Source: Klebsormidium nitens (Eukaryota; Plantae; Klebsormidiophyceae). From it: a stretch of 64,000 nucleotides of DNA. The translations under genes and the position numbers were made by a program. The stretch is from the NCBI GenBank assembly GCA_000708835.1, contig DF238762.1, positions 62,001 to 126,000 of the forward strand. Reading direction: 5' to 3'. The notes under the pieces were generated by a model. That model was not told where the DNA came from. It worked only from the letters and a program-made list of their open reading frames with translations, and ran no database searches. Of the stretch, positions 24,440 through 35,792 are shown piece by piece. Every line of letters begins with the position of its first letter. Position 1 is the first letter of the stretch.

Positions 24440-27400
24440 ATGCCTCCTTTTTACTATAATTCTTTTCATGTCACAGTGCCGAACTTGTTGGAAAGCCAAC
24501 AAACTGGGTTTCAACGTTTTTTATTTGAAGGGATTAGCCGTGAACTTTCTTATTTTTCAACAACAATTGATCATAACCTACCAGCAATAGGCAAAATTCG
24601 TATATATATAAAGCATCAAAACTGGGCTTTGGAAAAACCGTCTCATGGCGAGCTTTGGTGTAAAAAAAACCGTCATACTTATGGTGCATGGTTATCTGTG
24701 CCCGTTGTACTCGAGCATGACCTAGGGCATAAAAAAAGAAGTCGTATACGCTTAGGCAAAATTCCAATCATGGATAGCAAAGGAGGCTTTCTAATCAATG
24801 GGGTACCCCGAGCAGTGATTCATCAGGTATTGCGAGCTCCAGGGATTTATTTCCAGAGCAGATGGGTAGGAAATAAAAAGAAAAAGAAAAAGCGAAAAAG
24901 ATGTTATTCGGCTACCTTAATCTCTGAATCTGGCACCTGGTTACGAATTGAAAAAGATCCAAAAGGACGATTTTGGTTATGGGTAAAAAGAAATAAAAAA
25001 GTTAGTATTCTTCTTTTATTAGGATTAATGGGATATGAGTGCATAGACGATACTCAGGCATGTCTGTTCCCCTCTTTCATTGGCGTTGAAGAACCGAATT
25101 TTTTGTTACCTTCATTACGATGGTGGCAAGAAGATGATGACTTAGGAGATCATCTTCCTACAATTAAATGGTGTGCAATCCATTTGTACGATGCAGTATT
25201 TAGAGGTCCTTTCCGGAGAGATTTAAATCTGTATACGTTAACCAAAACAAACAAAAGCGCCTCTTTACGACCAGGTCCTCCACTTTATGAAGAAATGTGT
25301 GAGGAAGGAATGATTCAAAACGAACTGATTGAAAAAAGATTCTATTTAGGAAGGCTAGGAAGATTCAATTTAGAACGCCGGCTTGGATTACCAAATTTTT
25401 GGAATTGTTTTTTATCTATAACACAATCTCAAATAGTTCATCCTCTTCTCAATAATTTAATTGAGATAGAGCATGATCCTGTCCTTTACTTTGGTTATAA
25501 AGATCTTTTGCGCGTGATGCATCGTCTTGCACTGTTTACTCATGGCGATGAGTATGAAGACGATATTGATCATTTAAAAAATAAACGTGTGCTCTCTGTT
25601 GGGGAGCTTATGCAACAAGAATTACATCGGGGAATGAAAGAGCTTATTACATATGCAGCGGATACTGAAGAATGGTGGAAACGACCCCGAAAGAAAAGAT
25701 ACAAAAAGTATGAGCTTGCCTTGGGATGGTGGGATCTTACAGTGCAAGATTTCTTTCCTGGAACCCACGTGAGTGAAGGGTTTAAGCGCTTTTTTGTTTC
25801 TCATCCTTTGAGCCAATTTATGGATCAAACAAATGGTCTGGCGCATCTCGCTCAAAAGCGTCGTATGAGTTGTCTTGGACCTGGAGGTTTAACCCGACAG
25901 ACCGCCTCTTTCCGAATTCGAGATATCCATCCAAGCCAATATGGGCGTGTTTGTCCAATTGAGACTCCTGAAGGCACTAGCGCAGGCCTTGTATCTTCTC
26001 TCGCAAGTCATGCAAAAATAAGTCGGTATGGCTCTTTATGTAGTCCTCTTCGTCCTATATCTCCCAAAGCAAATCTAGCATCCTTTCGATACGTATCTTC
26101 CCAATACGAAGAAAAATACTGGATTTCCACAGGTGATCGAATGCAGGTGGATGAAGGAACCATTGTACCTGCTCGTTATCAACAAGAATTTGTTACGACA
26201 GAATGGGATCAGGTCAGCCTTATTGATGTTTTTCCTATGCAATATTTTTCCGTGGCTTCGTCATTAATTCCTTTTTTAGAACACGATGATGCAAACCGAG
26301 CTCTTATGGGTGCAAATATGCAAAGGCAAGCTCTTCCTCTCTTATCTTTAGAGAGAGCAATAGTAGGTACGGGTATGGAATGGCAAGTTGGTTTTGAATC
26401 TGGCACATTATTAAGAGCAAGAGAGCCATGTCGTGTGGGTTATGTAGATGCTATGAAAATAGCAACGCAAGGCCGACTAAAAGTTGGGATGAATAATTCT
26501 CTCATTCGTTTTAATCAACTATCAACCTATCAACGTTCTAATCAAAATACTTGTTTCCATCAAAAACCGTTTGTAAGCTTAGGAGAATATGTCGAGGCTG
26601 GCGAAACAATAGCGGATGGTCCAAACACTGTAGGTGGGCAGCTTGCATTAGGTAAAAATGTACTAGTAGCATATACGCCTTGGGAAGGATATAACTTTGA
26701 AGATGCCGTTCTAATAAGTGAACGAATGGTTTATGACCATGTTTATACGTCATTACAAATAGAGAAACATCAGATAACTATTTGTGAGACCGAAGCTGGG
26801 CCTGAGCTTGTTACTCGCGAAGTACCTCATTTAAGAGAGCAGTTCTTACGCCATTTAGATCCCCAAGGAATTGTACGAGTTGGCTCGTGGGTTGAGGTTG
26901 GAGACGTGCTTGTGGGTCGGCTTGTGCCTAGAGGTCAAGGGTACGAAGTTACGCCTCAAGAAAGGTTGCTTGCTGCCATTTTTGGAGAACGAGTAGTGAC
27001 AATGGACGAGAAGTGCTTAAGAGTTCCTTTAAGAGGTCGTGGAAGAGTAATCGATGCTCACTGGGTACATCGTGAGGACACAAGTTTTGGACGTATAAAA
27101 TCGATTTATGTGCACATCCTTCAACGTCGAACAATTCAAGTTGGGGACAAAGTGGCAGGGCGGCATGGAAACAAAGGAATTGTTTCTAAAATTCTTCCTC
27201 GCGAAGATATGCCTCATTTGCAAGATGGAACCCCTCTCGACATGGCTCTGAGCCCCCTTGGAGTACCGTCTCGTATGAATGTAGGACAACTATTTGAATG
27301 CCTCTTGGGCCTTGCTGGAAGTTTTCTTGGAAGACACTATCGAATTATGCCTTTTGATGAAAGATGTGAACAAGAAGCGTCTAGAAAACTCGTTCTATCT

Positions 27401-27901
27401 CAACTCTGGGAAGCACGTACGTATACTTCTCATCGATGGGTTTTTGAAGCAGACTCTTTGGGAAAAAGTTATCTTTTGGATGGTAGGACTGGAGATGTAT
27501 TGAAACAACCTGCTACTGTAGGAAAGGCTTATATGTTAAAACTTGTTCACCAAGTAGATGATAAAATTCATGCTAGATCAACAGGTCCTTACTCAAAAGT
27601 AACTCAGCAACCATTGCGGGGTCGATCTAAGCGAGGAGGACAACGAATTGGTGAGATGGAGGCTTGGGCTTTAGAAGGATTTGGTGCCGCTAATACGCTT
27701 CAAGAAATGTTTACCCTCAAATCAGATGATATGCTTGGTCGTAACAAACTTCTTAATACAATAATAGAGGGTCGTCCAATCCCTTCTTCTCCTTCTGATT
27801 TACCCGAAGCTTGCCGATTATTACTTTGGGAGTTGCGTGCTCTTTGTGTTCGAACACAAATTCTACATACTACTCTTTTTTCTTCAATCGCACCTTCATA
27901 A
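24440..27901 (+). CDS. rpoB: RNA polymerase beta (divergent)
   Basis: CPIETPEG, GDKVAGRHGNKG, GGQRIGEME. Confidence 0.96.
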   Translation: MPPFYYNSFHVTVPNLLESQQTGFQRFLFEGISRELSYFSTTIDHNLPAIGKIRIYIKHQNWALEKPSHGELWCKKNRHTYGAWLSVPVVLEHDLGHKKRSRIRLGKIPIMDSKGGFLINGVPRAVIHQVLRAPGIYFQSRWVGNKKKKKKRKRCYSATLISESGTWLRIEKDPKGRFWLWVKRNKKVSILLLLGLMGYECIDDTQACLFPSFIGVEEPNFLLPSLRWWQEDDDLGDHLPTIKWCAIHLYDAVFRGPFRRDLNLYTLTKTNKSASLRPGPPLYEEMCEEGMIQNELIEKRFYLGRLGRFNLERRLGLPNFWNCFLSITQSQIVHPLLNNLIEIEHDPVLYFGYKDLLRVMHRLALFTHGDEYEDDIDHLKNKRVLSVGELMQQELHRGMKELITYAADTEEWWKRPRKKRYKKYELALGWWDLTVQDFFPGTHVSEGFKRFFVSHPLSQFMDQTNGLAHLAQKRRMSCLGPGGLTRQTASFRIRDIHPSQYGRVCPIETPEGTSAGLVSSLASHAKISRYGSLCSPLRPISPKANLASFRYVSSQYEEKYWISTGDRMQVDEGTIVPARYQQEFVTTEWDQVSLIDVFPMQYFSVASSLIPFLEHDDANRALMGANMQRQALPLLSLERAIVGTGMEWQVGFESGTLLRAREPCRVGYVDAMKIATQGRLKVGMNNSLIRFNQLSTYQRSNQNTCFHQKPFVSLGEYVEAGETIADGPNTVGGQLALGKNVLVAYTPWEGYNFEDAVLISERMVYDHVYTSLQIEKHQITICETEAGPELVTREVPHLREQFLRHLDPQGIVRVGSWVEVGDVLVGRLVPRGQGYEVTPQERLLAAIFGERVVTMDEKCLRVPLRGRGRVIDAHWVHREDTSFGRIKSIYVHILQRRTIQVGDKVAGRHGNKGIVSKILPREDMPHLQDGTPLDMALSPLGVPSRMNVGQLFECLLGLAGSFLGRHYRIMPFDERCEQEASRKLVLSQLWEARTYTSHRWVFEADSLGKSYLLDGRTGDVLKQPATVGKAYMLKLVHQVDDKIHARSTGPYSKVTQQPLRGRSKRGGQRIGEMEAWALEGFGAANTLQEMFTLKSDDMLGRNKLLNTIIEGRPIPSSPSDLPEACRLLLWELRALCVRTQILHTTLFSSIAPS

Positions 27902-28063
27902 GCACTTGTAATTTTCATTATTGTTGAAATTTTTTCAAATAAAAAAAGGGCTTATATTATTTTGTAAGGCTATTTCATAATAATGATGACAATGGTTTGC
28001 ATTGTTAGTAAGATAACGATTGTTATCTTTCTTTTTTTGAAAACAAAAGAAAACAAAAAACTT

Positions 28064-30127
28064 ATGACTATAAAAGATAGGCCAACAGCCATATTTGTGG
28101 AGGTCGGGCTGGCACCTCCTGAAATAGTAAAGGCTTGGTGTGAGAGGGTTTTACCTACAGGAGAACGAATCGGTGAGGTCACAAACTCTGAAACAATTCA
28201 TTATCGAACTCATCAACCGATCCCAGATGGCTTATTCTGCCAGCGTATTTTTGGTCCGATAAAGAGTTATCAATGTTTGTGCCGTTTATCTCCAGGGGCA
28301 CGACAAAGCCAAAGTTTAATCGAAGGTTCGAAAGGAGAACGCTACTGTTCTTTTTGTGAAGTCGAGATCACCCGATCGAGTGTGCGACGATATCGTATGG
28401 GACATATTAAACTTGCTACCGCCTTGGTACATCCTTGGTTTATGCAAGAAAACCCATGTCATATAGCTTTAGCTCTGAACATGAAACACAAGTTGATTAT
28501 AAGTTTGGCTTATTTTTCGCTTGCTGTCTCTTATGTTGATCCTCGATCTCTTCAATGTTTAGCTTTAAAACGGCGAGCTCTTTTTACTCCTAGACAAATG
28601 ACTATTCTTTTTTTATACATGGGACGAGACGCTTCTTCTCATCTCCGACGTAAAGAGGTAGGTTTTGGTTCAGAAAGTCTTATCGAACGACTTCAAAGTT
28701 TAGATTTAAAGCAAGTTATTCGACAAGGAGTGTCTTTATGGCAATTGGCATATGACGAATTTGTCGTTTACACCAAAAAACCCGAATTAATAAAGAAAAA
28801 AAAAAGTACGGCTTTGCTCAAAAAAGGAGCACATCGTAAGCGCCAATTGACTAGACGAGCTATTATGGCAAGAAAAATGATTCTGCATCAAGTCCGACCC
28901 GAATGGATGTGCTTTCGCTTGTTGCCAGTGCTCCCTCCTGATCTACGCCCACTGATTAAAATTGAAGGAGAACTATTTGTTTCTTCAGATTTGAATGAGC
29001 TGTATCGTAAAGTTTTATACCGTAATAAGATGTTGCATCATTTTCATTTCTTACACAAAAATTTTGGCAATGTTCCTGAATTGGTTGAGCATCATTCGGC
29101 TCGTATGCTTCAAGAAGCAGTTGATGTACTCATTAAAAAAGGTGTAGAAGGAAAGCCCTATCCTATAAACTCAAAACCTTTACGTTCTTTTAGTCAAGTC
29201 TTGCAAGGGAAAATGGGCCGATTTCGGCAAAATCTGCTCGGCAAACGGGTTGACTACTCAGCTCGTTCAGTGATTGTGGTTGGGCCCGAGCTTGCGATGC
29301 ATCAATGTGGAATGCCTATTGAGATAGGACTCGATTTATTTCAACCTTTTCTTGTGAGAAAACTTATTCAAGTTGAACTTGCAACCAATATGCGACATGC
29401 TCAGCGTCTTATTGATGAGGGCCATTCTTTAGTCATGGAACTTTTACGTCAAACAGTTCAAGATCATACCGTGCTTTTGAATCGAGCTCCCACTCTTCAT
29501 CGCCTTGGAATTCAAGCTTTTCAACCTATGCTTGTATCAGGTCGAGCCATTCAACTCCATCCCCTTGTGTGCGCAGGTTTCAATGCAGATTTTGATGGAG
29601 ACCAAATGGCATTGCATGTTCCTCTTTCTATGGCTGCTCAGGCAGAGGCGCGTTTTCTTATGCTCTCGTCTTTTAATCTTCTTTCTCCTGCCCAAGGAGA
29701 AGCCGTTGCTGTGCCTAGTCAAGACATGCTTCTTGGTTTGTATAGTATGACACATGAACCTATGCCTTATTTCAGTAATGAGGAGGTTTTTTGGGGGAAA
29801 AATAAAGGCTCAATACTTTATTCATTCCCTTGTTTTTTAAACGGATGGGGAGTAATTGAAGCTTATCAACAAGGGTTTATTAGTTTACATTCGAATGTGT
29901 GGATCCAATTAGATACAATTTCTTTTCCATTAGATGGAACTCGTAATGAAAAAGATGAACAAGAGGCTAAAGAAGTTCACTGGGGGGCACAAGGAGCAGA
30001 AGTGAGAATTTATCCAAGGGGTTTATCGCAAAAAGGCTTATGGAGCAAATGCGCTAATTACATCTTAACAAATGCTGGTCGAGTTTTTGTTGGTCTTCCT
30101 CCTCATCGGCGTTTTTTTCATAGTTGA
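28064..30127 (+). CDS. rpoC1: RNA polymerase beta' (intronless)
   Basis: NADFDGD catalytic motif, GKRVDYSARSVI. Confidence 0.95.
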   Translation: MTIKDRPTAIFVEVGLAPPEIVKAWCERVLPTGERIGEVTNSETIHYRTHQPIPDGLFCQRIFGPIKSYQCLCRLSPGARQSQSLIEGSKGERYCSFCEVEITRSSVRRYRMGHIKLATALVHPWFMQENPCHIALALNMKHKLIISLAYFSLAVSYVDPRSLQCLALKRRALFTPRQMTILFLYMGRDASSHLRRKEVGFGSESLIERLQSLDLKQVIRQGVSLWQLAYDEFVVYTKKPELIKKKKSTALLKKGAHRKRQLTRRAIMARKMILHQVRPEWMCFRLLPVLPPDLRPLIKIEGELFVSSDLNELYRKVLYRNKMLHHFHFLHKNFGNVPELVEHHSARMLQEAVDVLIKKGVEGKPYPINSKPLRSFSQVLQGKMGRFRQNLLGKRVDYSARSVIVVGPELAMHQCGMPIEIGLDLFQPFLVRKLIQVELATNMRHAQRLIDEGHSLVMELLRQTVQDHTVLLNRAPTLHRLGIQAFQPMLVSGRAIQLHPLVCAGFNADFDGDQMALHVPLSMAAQAEARFLMLSSFNLLSPAQGEAVAVPSQDMLLGLYSMTHEPMPYFSNEEVFWGKNKGSILYSFPCFLNGWGVIEAYQQGFISLHSNVWIQLDTISFPLDGTRNEKDEQEAKEVHWGAQGAEVRIYPRGLSQKGLWSKCANYILTNAGRVFVGLPPHRRFFHS

Positions 30128-30200
30128 TAAATTTTTGTCCTTTATTGAGTACTAAAAACTTTTTTTATTTCGATATATCAATTTATTTAGGAGTTTAGTG

Positions 30201-33200
30201 ATGGAAAATCAGATCATTCAACTTAAAAAACGGAATAAGTATTACAATGAACGAATTGTAATAAATCAAGGAATAGACAAGAGCTCACTGAAAGCTTTAA
30301 TTGCAAACCTTACATTGGAAGAAAGTGGAACCCAACCTGTTGCAGAGAGACTTGATCGACTCAAATGGCTTGGCTTTCATCATGCTACCCAATTTGGTAC
30401 TTCTTTAAGCATTGAAGATCTTTGGATGCCGTATGCAAAAGAGTGGCTGATTCAAGATGCAGAATATGAAGAAAAAAATTCAGAAAACAGTTTAGAAAAG
30501 GCTGATATGGACGCCGTAGAACGCCTTCGTGCCCTTATTGATACGTGGTCACGAACTGGAGAATCTCTTAAAAAAGAGATGATACTAACTTTCCAGAGTC
30601 TTGATCCCTTTAATCCAATTTTTATGATGGCCTTCTCTGGAGCTAGGGGCAACTGGTCACAGGTACATCAGTTGTTAGGTATGCGTGGTCTAATGTCTGA
30701 CCCACAAGGTCAGATCATCGATCTTCCTATTCGAAGCAACTTTCGGGAAGGTCTTTCAGTTACCGAGTACATTATTTCTTGTTATGGTGCAAGAAAAGGC
30801 GTTGTAGATACTGCCGTTCGAACTGCAACCTCAGGCTACTTAACGCGCCGCCTTGTCGATGTAGCGCAACATGTAATCGTTCGTTCTTCCGATTGTCATA
30901 CTTCTTCTGGGTTTTGGATCCAAGCTTTGCGAGAAACAAAGCAACGAAAAACAGGCTATCACTCATTTCGTCGCACATACCTCACTCTAAGTCACAGGCT
31001 TGTTGGGCGTGTTCTTGCTCAAGACATTCGTTTTGATTCCAAACTTTTAGCCGGATGCGGAGATGATATAGGAAATAACTTGGCAAATTTTCTAAGTTCT
31101 ATATTTTCTCAAAAGATTCAATTGCGCTCTCCTTTTACATGCGCTCAGGCTCGTTCTATATGTCAATGTTGTTATGGCTGGAATCTTGCACAAGGCAATC
31201 TTGTTACTATTGGAGAAGCCGTAGGGATTGTGGCTGCTCAATCGATTGGGGAACCGGGAACTCAACTTACTATGCGAACTTTTCACACAGGAGGAGTTTT
31301 TAGTGGAGAAGTCGCAGAGCAGGTACGCGCACCTTTTAATGGTTTTGTTTATTTTGATCCCGCCCGAGCAAAACGTGTACATCGCTTTGGCGGTGATGAG
31401 AATCGCCAAGCATGGCTTACTCAAGAACCTCTTGAAATTCTTGTCCTTGGTACTCAAGCGCTTGCATTGCAAGTGCCTTCTCTTACTTTAATATCCCTTC
31501 AACCAGGACAAGCTGTGCTTTCTCGGCAGGTGATTGCAGAAATTCGATCTTCTCTTCTTACTTTTACTGAAACTGCAAATAAAGTCATTCATGCAGATCT
31601 TAATGGTCAAGTTTTTCTTCAAAAAGGTAATCGTCTTGAAGCCATTCATAACGATTCGCTTTTTGAGAAAGAAAAAAATGATTCTCGTCTTCCTAGAGAA
31701 CGGATGACTTCGTTGCGACAAGAGGTTCGTGCCTGGGTGATGTCAGCTCAGGAATTACGTTTTTTCAAGCAGCTTCAAACGTTTGATTTATATAAATTGA
31801 ACGATATGATTCAAGCTGGAGCGATTCTACAAAATAAAATTCTTTCTTTTTCTAAGCCTCCAGGAACTCTATCGTTTGAATTTGCTACAAGTATAGCAAC
31901 TTTTAAATGCTCCGATACTGTGTTTTCAAATCATTTTCCTTTTATAGAGCGATGGGGTAGCCTTTGTTTATTTTCGAATGGGTCAAAAAAAGAATCAATC
32001 TCAAAAAAAAAATCAGGCCTTTTGTCTTCATTTTTGTCAATCCGTACAAAAAAGAACATTCGCTTTACTCGATCTAAATGGAATTGTCTTGATTTGCTCT
32101 CTTATAAAAATGATAAAACAATAGTTCGATGGCCACCAGACTTAGTACGCGCAAAATTTCAAATGAGAGAAATAGGCTCTTCTTATTCTGCAACCTCGTT
32201 GCGCTCTTGCCCTGTGTTTCCTCAAGATGAAAGAAAACGTCATGGTCATGTGTTTCTTTCACAAACTTTTTTTACTAAGAATACAGGTAGTTTTTTGCAA
32301 AAAGTTGGCGTTTATGATCAACATTGGGCACAATTACTTTTCCGTAACGAGGATTATGTCGGGTTATATCCGTGGAATAGAGGAATCAATTTGGAAAAAG
32401 GTTTGTCCCCTTGGGCTCATGGTACTTTTATACAATCAGTTGATACTGCTAATATATGGTTTCCTAGGCAGACCAAAGGCCTTTTATATAAACTAGGATA
32501 TAACAATACGGAAGGTTCTCTCTTAATAGACAATTTGGGGAATTGGCGCTTGGACGGCAATTGGAACGTTTATTTGTTGAAACCAATTTGGGTACCATCG
32601 ATTGGATTACAAGCTTTATATAGTCAGTTAGGGGCATGGATTTTGCCAAGAAAGTTACCTTTGTATTATTCGAATAAGGTCAAAACATTTTCTGGTCATG
32701 TAACAAAAATGTATGCGAACTATTTAATACTTCGACATGGTATTCCTTATCTTGCTAACCCCGGCACAGTCCTTTTTCAGGGCCCTGGTAGTCCGATTTG
32801 TCAAGGAGAACCTTTGATTGGTCTTGTATATACTCGTCCTAAAACCGCCGATATTGTCCAAGGCTTACCTAAAGTAGAACGTTTACTTGAAGCTCGGATA
32901 TCTCACCCTCTTGTACATTATGCTAAAGAACTCTTTTATAGACTTTTTCAAGCAAATTATCAAAGATGCTTTCAAAAGGATAAAGATCCTAAGTCTCTTG
33001 TATATACAGAGGCAAACATTGAAAAAGCACAAGCTTTTCTTTTAGATGCAGTCCAAGAGGTCTATCAATCTCAAAAGGTAGGGATTTCAGACCGTCATTT
33101 GGAGCTTATTGTTCGACAGATGACTTCATTAGTGATAGTGAATGGAAATAGAGAGATTAGAAATCAGCCAGGAGATATTGCTCGTCATAGGCAAACTTTT

Positions 33201-33566
33201 TCTTATAGCAAAATTTTAACTTCTCCTGTACCAACTCATCCATTGATCTTAGGGATTACCAGAGCAGCTTTAACTACTGAGAGTTTTCTTTCGGAAGCCG
33301 GCTTTCAAGAAACAAGCCGCGTACTTGCTCGCTCAGCTAGCCGGGGAAGGATTGATTGGCTTAGGGGTATCAAAGGAAGAGTTATGATTGGAGAATTAAT
33401 TCCTGCAGGGACTGGTGTTTTATCTATAAGCCCTCTTTTTTTATCTCCGACTGCTTTAAAAAATAAAAAACAGCTTTGGTACGATTCAAATCAATCATTA
33501 TTCAATTCAAAAGACTCTATCTTGGATTTAGTATTAAGCATTCAAAAAACAATTCCGGAATCATAA
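30201..33566 (+). CDS. rpoC2: RNA polymerase beta''
   Basis: GYLTRRLVDVAQ, EPGTQLTMRTFHTGG, QGLPKVERLLEAR. Confidence 0.95.
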   Translation: MENQIIQLKKRNKYYNERIVINQGIDKSSLKALIANLTLEESGTQPVAERLDRLKWLGFHHATQFGTSLSIEDLWMPYAKEWLIQDAEYEEKNSENSLEKADMDAVERLRALIDTWSRTGESLKKEMILTFQSLDPFNPIFMMAFSGARGNWSQVHQLLGMRGLMSDPQGQIIDLPIRSNFREGLSVTEYIISCYGARKGVVDTAVRTATSGYLTRRLVDVAQHVIVRSSDCHTSSGFWIQALRETKQRKTGYHSFRRTYLTLSHRLVGRVLAQDIRFDSKLLAGCGDDIGNNLANFLSSIFSQKIQLRSPFTCAQARSICQCCYGWNLAQGNLVTIGEAVGIVAAQSIGEPGTQLTMRTFHTGGVFSGEVAEQVRAPFNGFVYFDPARAKRVHRFGGDENRQAWLTQEPLEILVLGTQALALQVPSLTLISLQPGQAVLSRQVIAEIRSSLLTFTETANKVIHADLNGQVFLQKGNRLEAIHNDSLFEKEKNDSRLPRERMTSLRQEVRAWVMSAQELRFFKQLQTFDLYKLNDMIQAGAILQNKILSFSKPPGTLSFEFATSIATFKCSDTVFSNHFPFIERWGSLCLFSNGSKKESISKKKSGLLSSFLSIRTKKNIRFTRSKWNCLDLLSYKNDKTIVRWPPDLVRAKFQMREIGSSYSATSLRSCPVFPQDERKRHGHVFLSQTFFTKNTGSFLQKVGVYDQHWAQLLFRNEDYVGLYPWNRGINLEKGLSPWAHGTFIQSVDTANIWFPRQTKGLLYKLGYNNTEGSLLIDNLGNWRLDGNWNVYLLKPIWVPSIGLQALYSQLGAWILPRKLPLYYSNKVKTFSGHVTKMYANYLILRHGIPYLANPGTVLFQGPGSPICQGEPLIGLVYTRPKTADIVQGLPKVERLLEARISHPLVHYAKELFYRLFQANYQRCFQKDKDPKSLVYTEANIEKAQAFLLDAVQEVYQSQKVGISDRHLELIVRQMTSLVIVNGNREIRNQPGDIARHRQTFSYSKILTSPVPTHPLILGITRAALTTESFLSEAGFQETSRVLARSASRGRIDWLRGIKGRVMIGELIPAGTGVLSISPLFLSPTALKNKKQLWYDSNQSLFNSKDSILDLVLSIQKTIPES

Positions 33567-33867
33567 TTATAAAACCAAAGCCGAGGGTCCATAAAATATT
33601 CGGTAAAAATTTCCACTGAAAAAAGAAACCCGTTTTCAATCTTTTCGCTTTTGAATTCTTTTTAAGAATTCAGTTTTTTTATTTACATTCAATGAATCTT
33701 CATTAGGGCTACTGTTGATCTATAAAAGTGCCCACGATTGATGTGGGCCTTTTTATCCCTTTGGTGAAAAAACTCTAGATTACTTGCTCTTGACGTGAGC
33801 CCAGAGTAATATTCATTGTTGTTCAAAAAGATAACTTTTTTCAATATCTGCTTATAGTTCTTTGTGA

Positions 33868-33939
33868 GCGCTCATCGTTCAAAGGATAGGACAGTGGCCT
33901 TCTAAGCCTCTGATATAGGTTCGAATCCTATTGGGCGTA
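33868..33939 (+). tRNA. trnR: tRNA-Arg(UCU)
   Basis: Anticodon loop CTTCTAA, GGTTCGAATCC. Confidence 0.9.
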
Positions 33940-33940
33940 A

Positions 33941-34026
33941 AGGAGAGAGAGGGATTCGAACCCTCGGCAGCTAAAGGCTGCACCGGTTTTCAAAACCGGA
34001 ACAATCGTCCACTCTGTCATCTCTCC
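33941..34026 (-). tRNA. trnS: tRNA-Ser(UGA)
   Basis: CCGGT-TTTGAAA-ACCGG anticodon arm. Confidence 0.93.
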
Positions 34027-34094
34027 CTGTTCTATAGGATAGCTTGCATGTTCGTTCATTGGGCTTTTGCTTGAGACAAATACTATACAAGGAG

Positions 34095-34575
34095 TTGCGA
34101 TCATGTAAATGATTTGAGGAAGATGGGGTTGTAAGCAAACCTTATGGGCATCTAGCAGATCGTTTGCTGAGAGGCAAGAGGTGACAGCTGCTAGTAAAGC
34201 TTTAATAAACCAAGAGGGTTTTCCTTCTAAGCTTCTATTTGCTTGTGCTTCAAGGCAATCCATGAAATAAGCGTAAGTTTTTTATTAAAAATGTAAATGT
34301 GTTTAGTCTTATTTCTCTCTTTGAAAGAAGACCATCTCGAGCAGCATTACGTGTAATGGGTTAGCTTGCTGAGCTTTTAACCTCTTTCAATCAAAAAAAC
34401 ATGTACCCAAGCCGAGAAGGCTTAGAGGAGGACAGGAACAGGTATGTTTTCTAGTTGGTCCATTCATGCAGATAAAGAAGATAGATCAGTGAATCTGTTG
34501 AAACGAGCCGGATGAAACGCAAAATTCATGTCCGGTTCTTCAAAAAGGAAAATCAAAAGGTTTTCCTATTCCTGC
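34095..34575 (+). other. Group IIB intron in the psbZ 5' UTR
   Basis: 5' TTGCG, domain V 34505-34538, bulged A 34568 at -8, EBS1 TTCCTT (34221-34226) pairs with preceding AAGGAG. Confidence 0.85.
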
Positions 34576-34582
34576 AAGCAAT

Positions 34583-34771
34583 ATGATCCTTCCTTTTCAA
34601 CTATCTCTTTTTGCTTTGGTTGCCATCTCTTTTTTGTTAGTCATTGGGGTCCCAGTAATCTTGGCTTCGCCTAATGGATGGTCTAGTTCTAAGAATCTTG
34701 TGTTCTCAGGCACCTCCTTATGGATTGGCCTTGTCTTTTTGGTGGGTCTTTTGAGCTCTTTTACTGGATAA
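34583..34771 (+). CDS. psbZ: PSII protein Z
   Basis: [29 protein letters not shown], 62 aa. Confidence 0.96.
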   Translation: MILPFQLSLFALVAISFLLVIGVPVILASPNGWSSSKNLVFSGTSLWIGLVFLVGLLSSFTG

Positions 34772-34819
34772 AGGAGTAATAAAACTTTTTTTGCTTATTA
34801 AGTAAGATAATTTTTAATG

Positions 34820-34892
34820 CACGCTCTGTAGGACTCGAACCTACGACATCAGGTTTTGGAGACCTGCGTTCTACCAACTGAACTAAGAGCGC
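34820..34892 (-). tRNA. trnW: tRNA-Trp(CCA)
   Basis: Anticodon loop CTCCAAA. Confidence 0.94.
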
Positions 34893-34902
34893 TCAATTCC
34901 TT

Positions 34903-34976
34903 TAGGGCTGACAGGATTCGAACCTGCGACATTTTGTACCCAAAACAAACGCGCTACCAGGCTGCGCTACAGCCCT
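34903..34976 (-). tRNA. trnP: tRNA-Pro(UGG)
   Basis: TTTGT-TTTGGGT-ACAAA anticodon arm. Confidence 0.94.
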
Positions 34977-35025
34977 TGTACTTTCTATTGTACATCATAT
35001 GGACGTGGCAGACGAAGTACAATAG

Positions 35026-35226
<201 letters not shown>

Positions 35227-35336
35227 TGTAGTATCGTCATTTCAATATTTTCAATTGTTTAGGGTCCCTGATTTCTTTAGGGTCCCTAGGCCATTGAGCT
35301 TTTTCTTCTCCTCCCTACCCTACAGACGAATCTTAT

Positions 35337-35534
35337 ATGGCAAAAGCCAAAGGCGCAAGAGTTACCGTAACGCTCGAATGTACTTTGTGTAATGAAAATC
35401 GTTCAAAACGGTCGGCTGGAATTTCACGCTATACGACTCAAAAGAATCGTCGTAGTAATCCAGGTCGTCTTGAATTAAAAAAATTCTGCACTCATTGTAA
35501 CGAGCATACCCCTCACAGAGAGATAAAAAAATAA
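35337..35534 (+). CDS. rpl33: 50S ribosomal protein L33
   Basis: MAKAKGAR...LECTLC...LELKKFC. Confidence 0.95.
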   Translation: MAKAKGARVTVTLECTLCNENRSKRSAGISRYTTQKNRRSNPGRLELKKFCTHCNEHTPHREIKK

Positions 35535-35549
35535 ATAAAAAGGTTGAAC

Positions 35550-35792
35550 ATGAAAAGAGAGAGAGAGCTCCGTCCTGCACGGGCATCTCGTCGCCGCTTC
35601 CCCCCAGTGAAGTCTGCTGAACAAATTGATTATAAAAATACTGATTTGTTGAGACGTTTTGTAAGCGAACAAGGAAAACTTTTTCCTCGAAGAATGAATC
35701 GTCTCACTTCCAAGCAGCAGCGTGCAATGACCTGTGCGATCAAGCGAGGCCGTCTGCTTGGATTATTGCCTTTTCTTAATCGCAAGGATTAG
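35550..35792 (+). CDS. rps18: 30S ribosomal protein S18
   Basis: [18 protein letters not shown]...[13 protein letters not shown]. Confidence 0.94.
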   Translation: MKRERELRPARASRRRFPPVKSAEQIDYKNTDLLRRFVSEQGKLFPRRMNRLTSKQQRAMTCAIKRGRLLGLLPFLNRKD

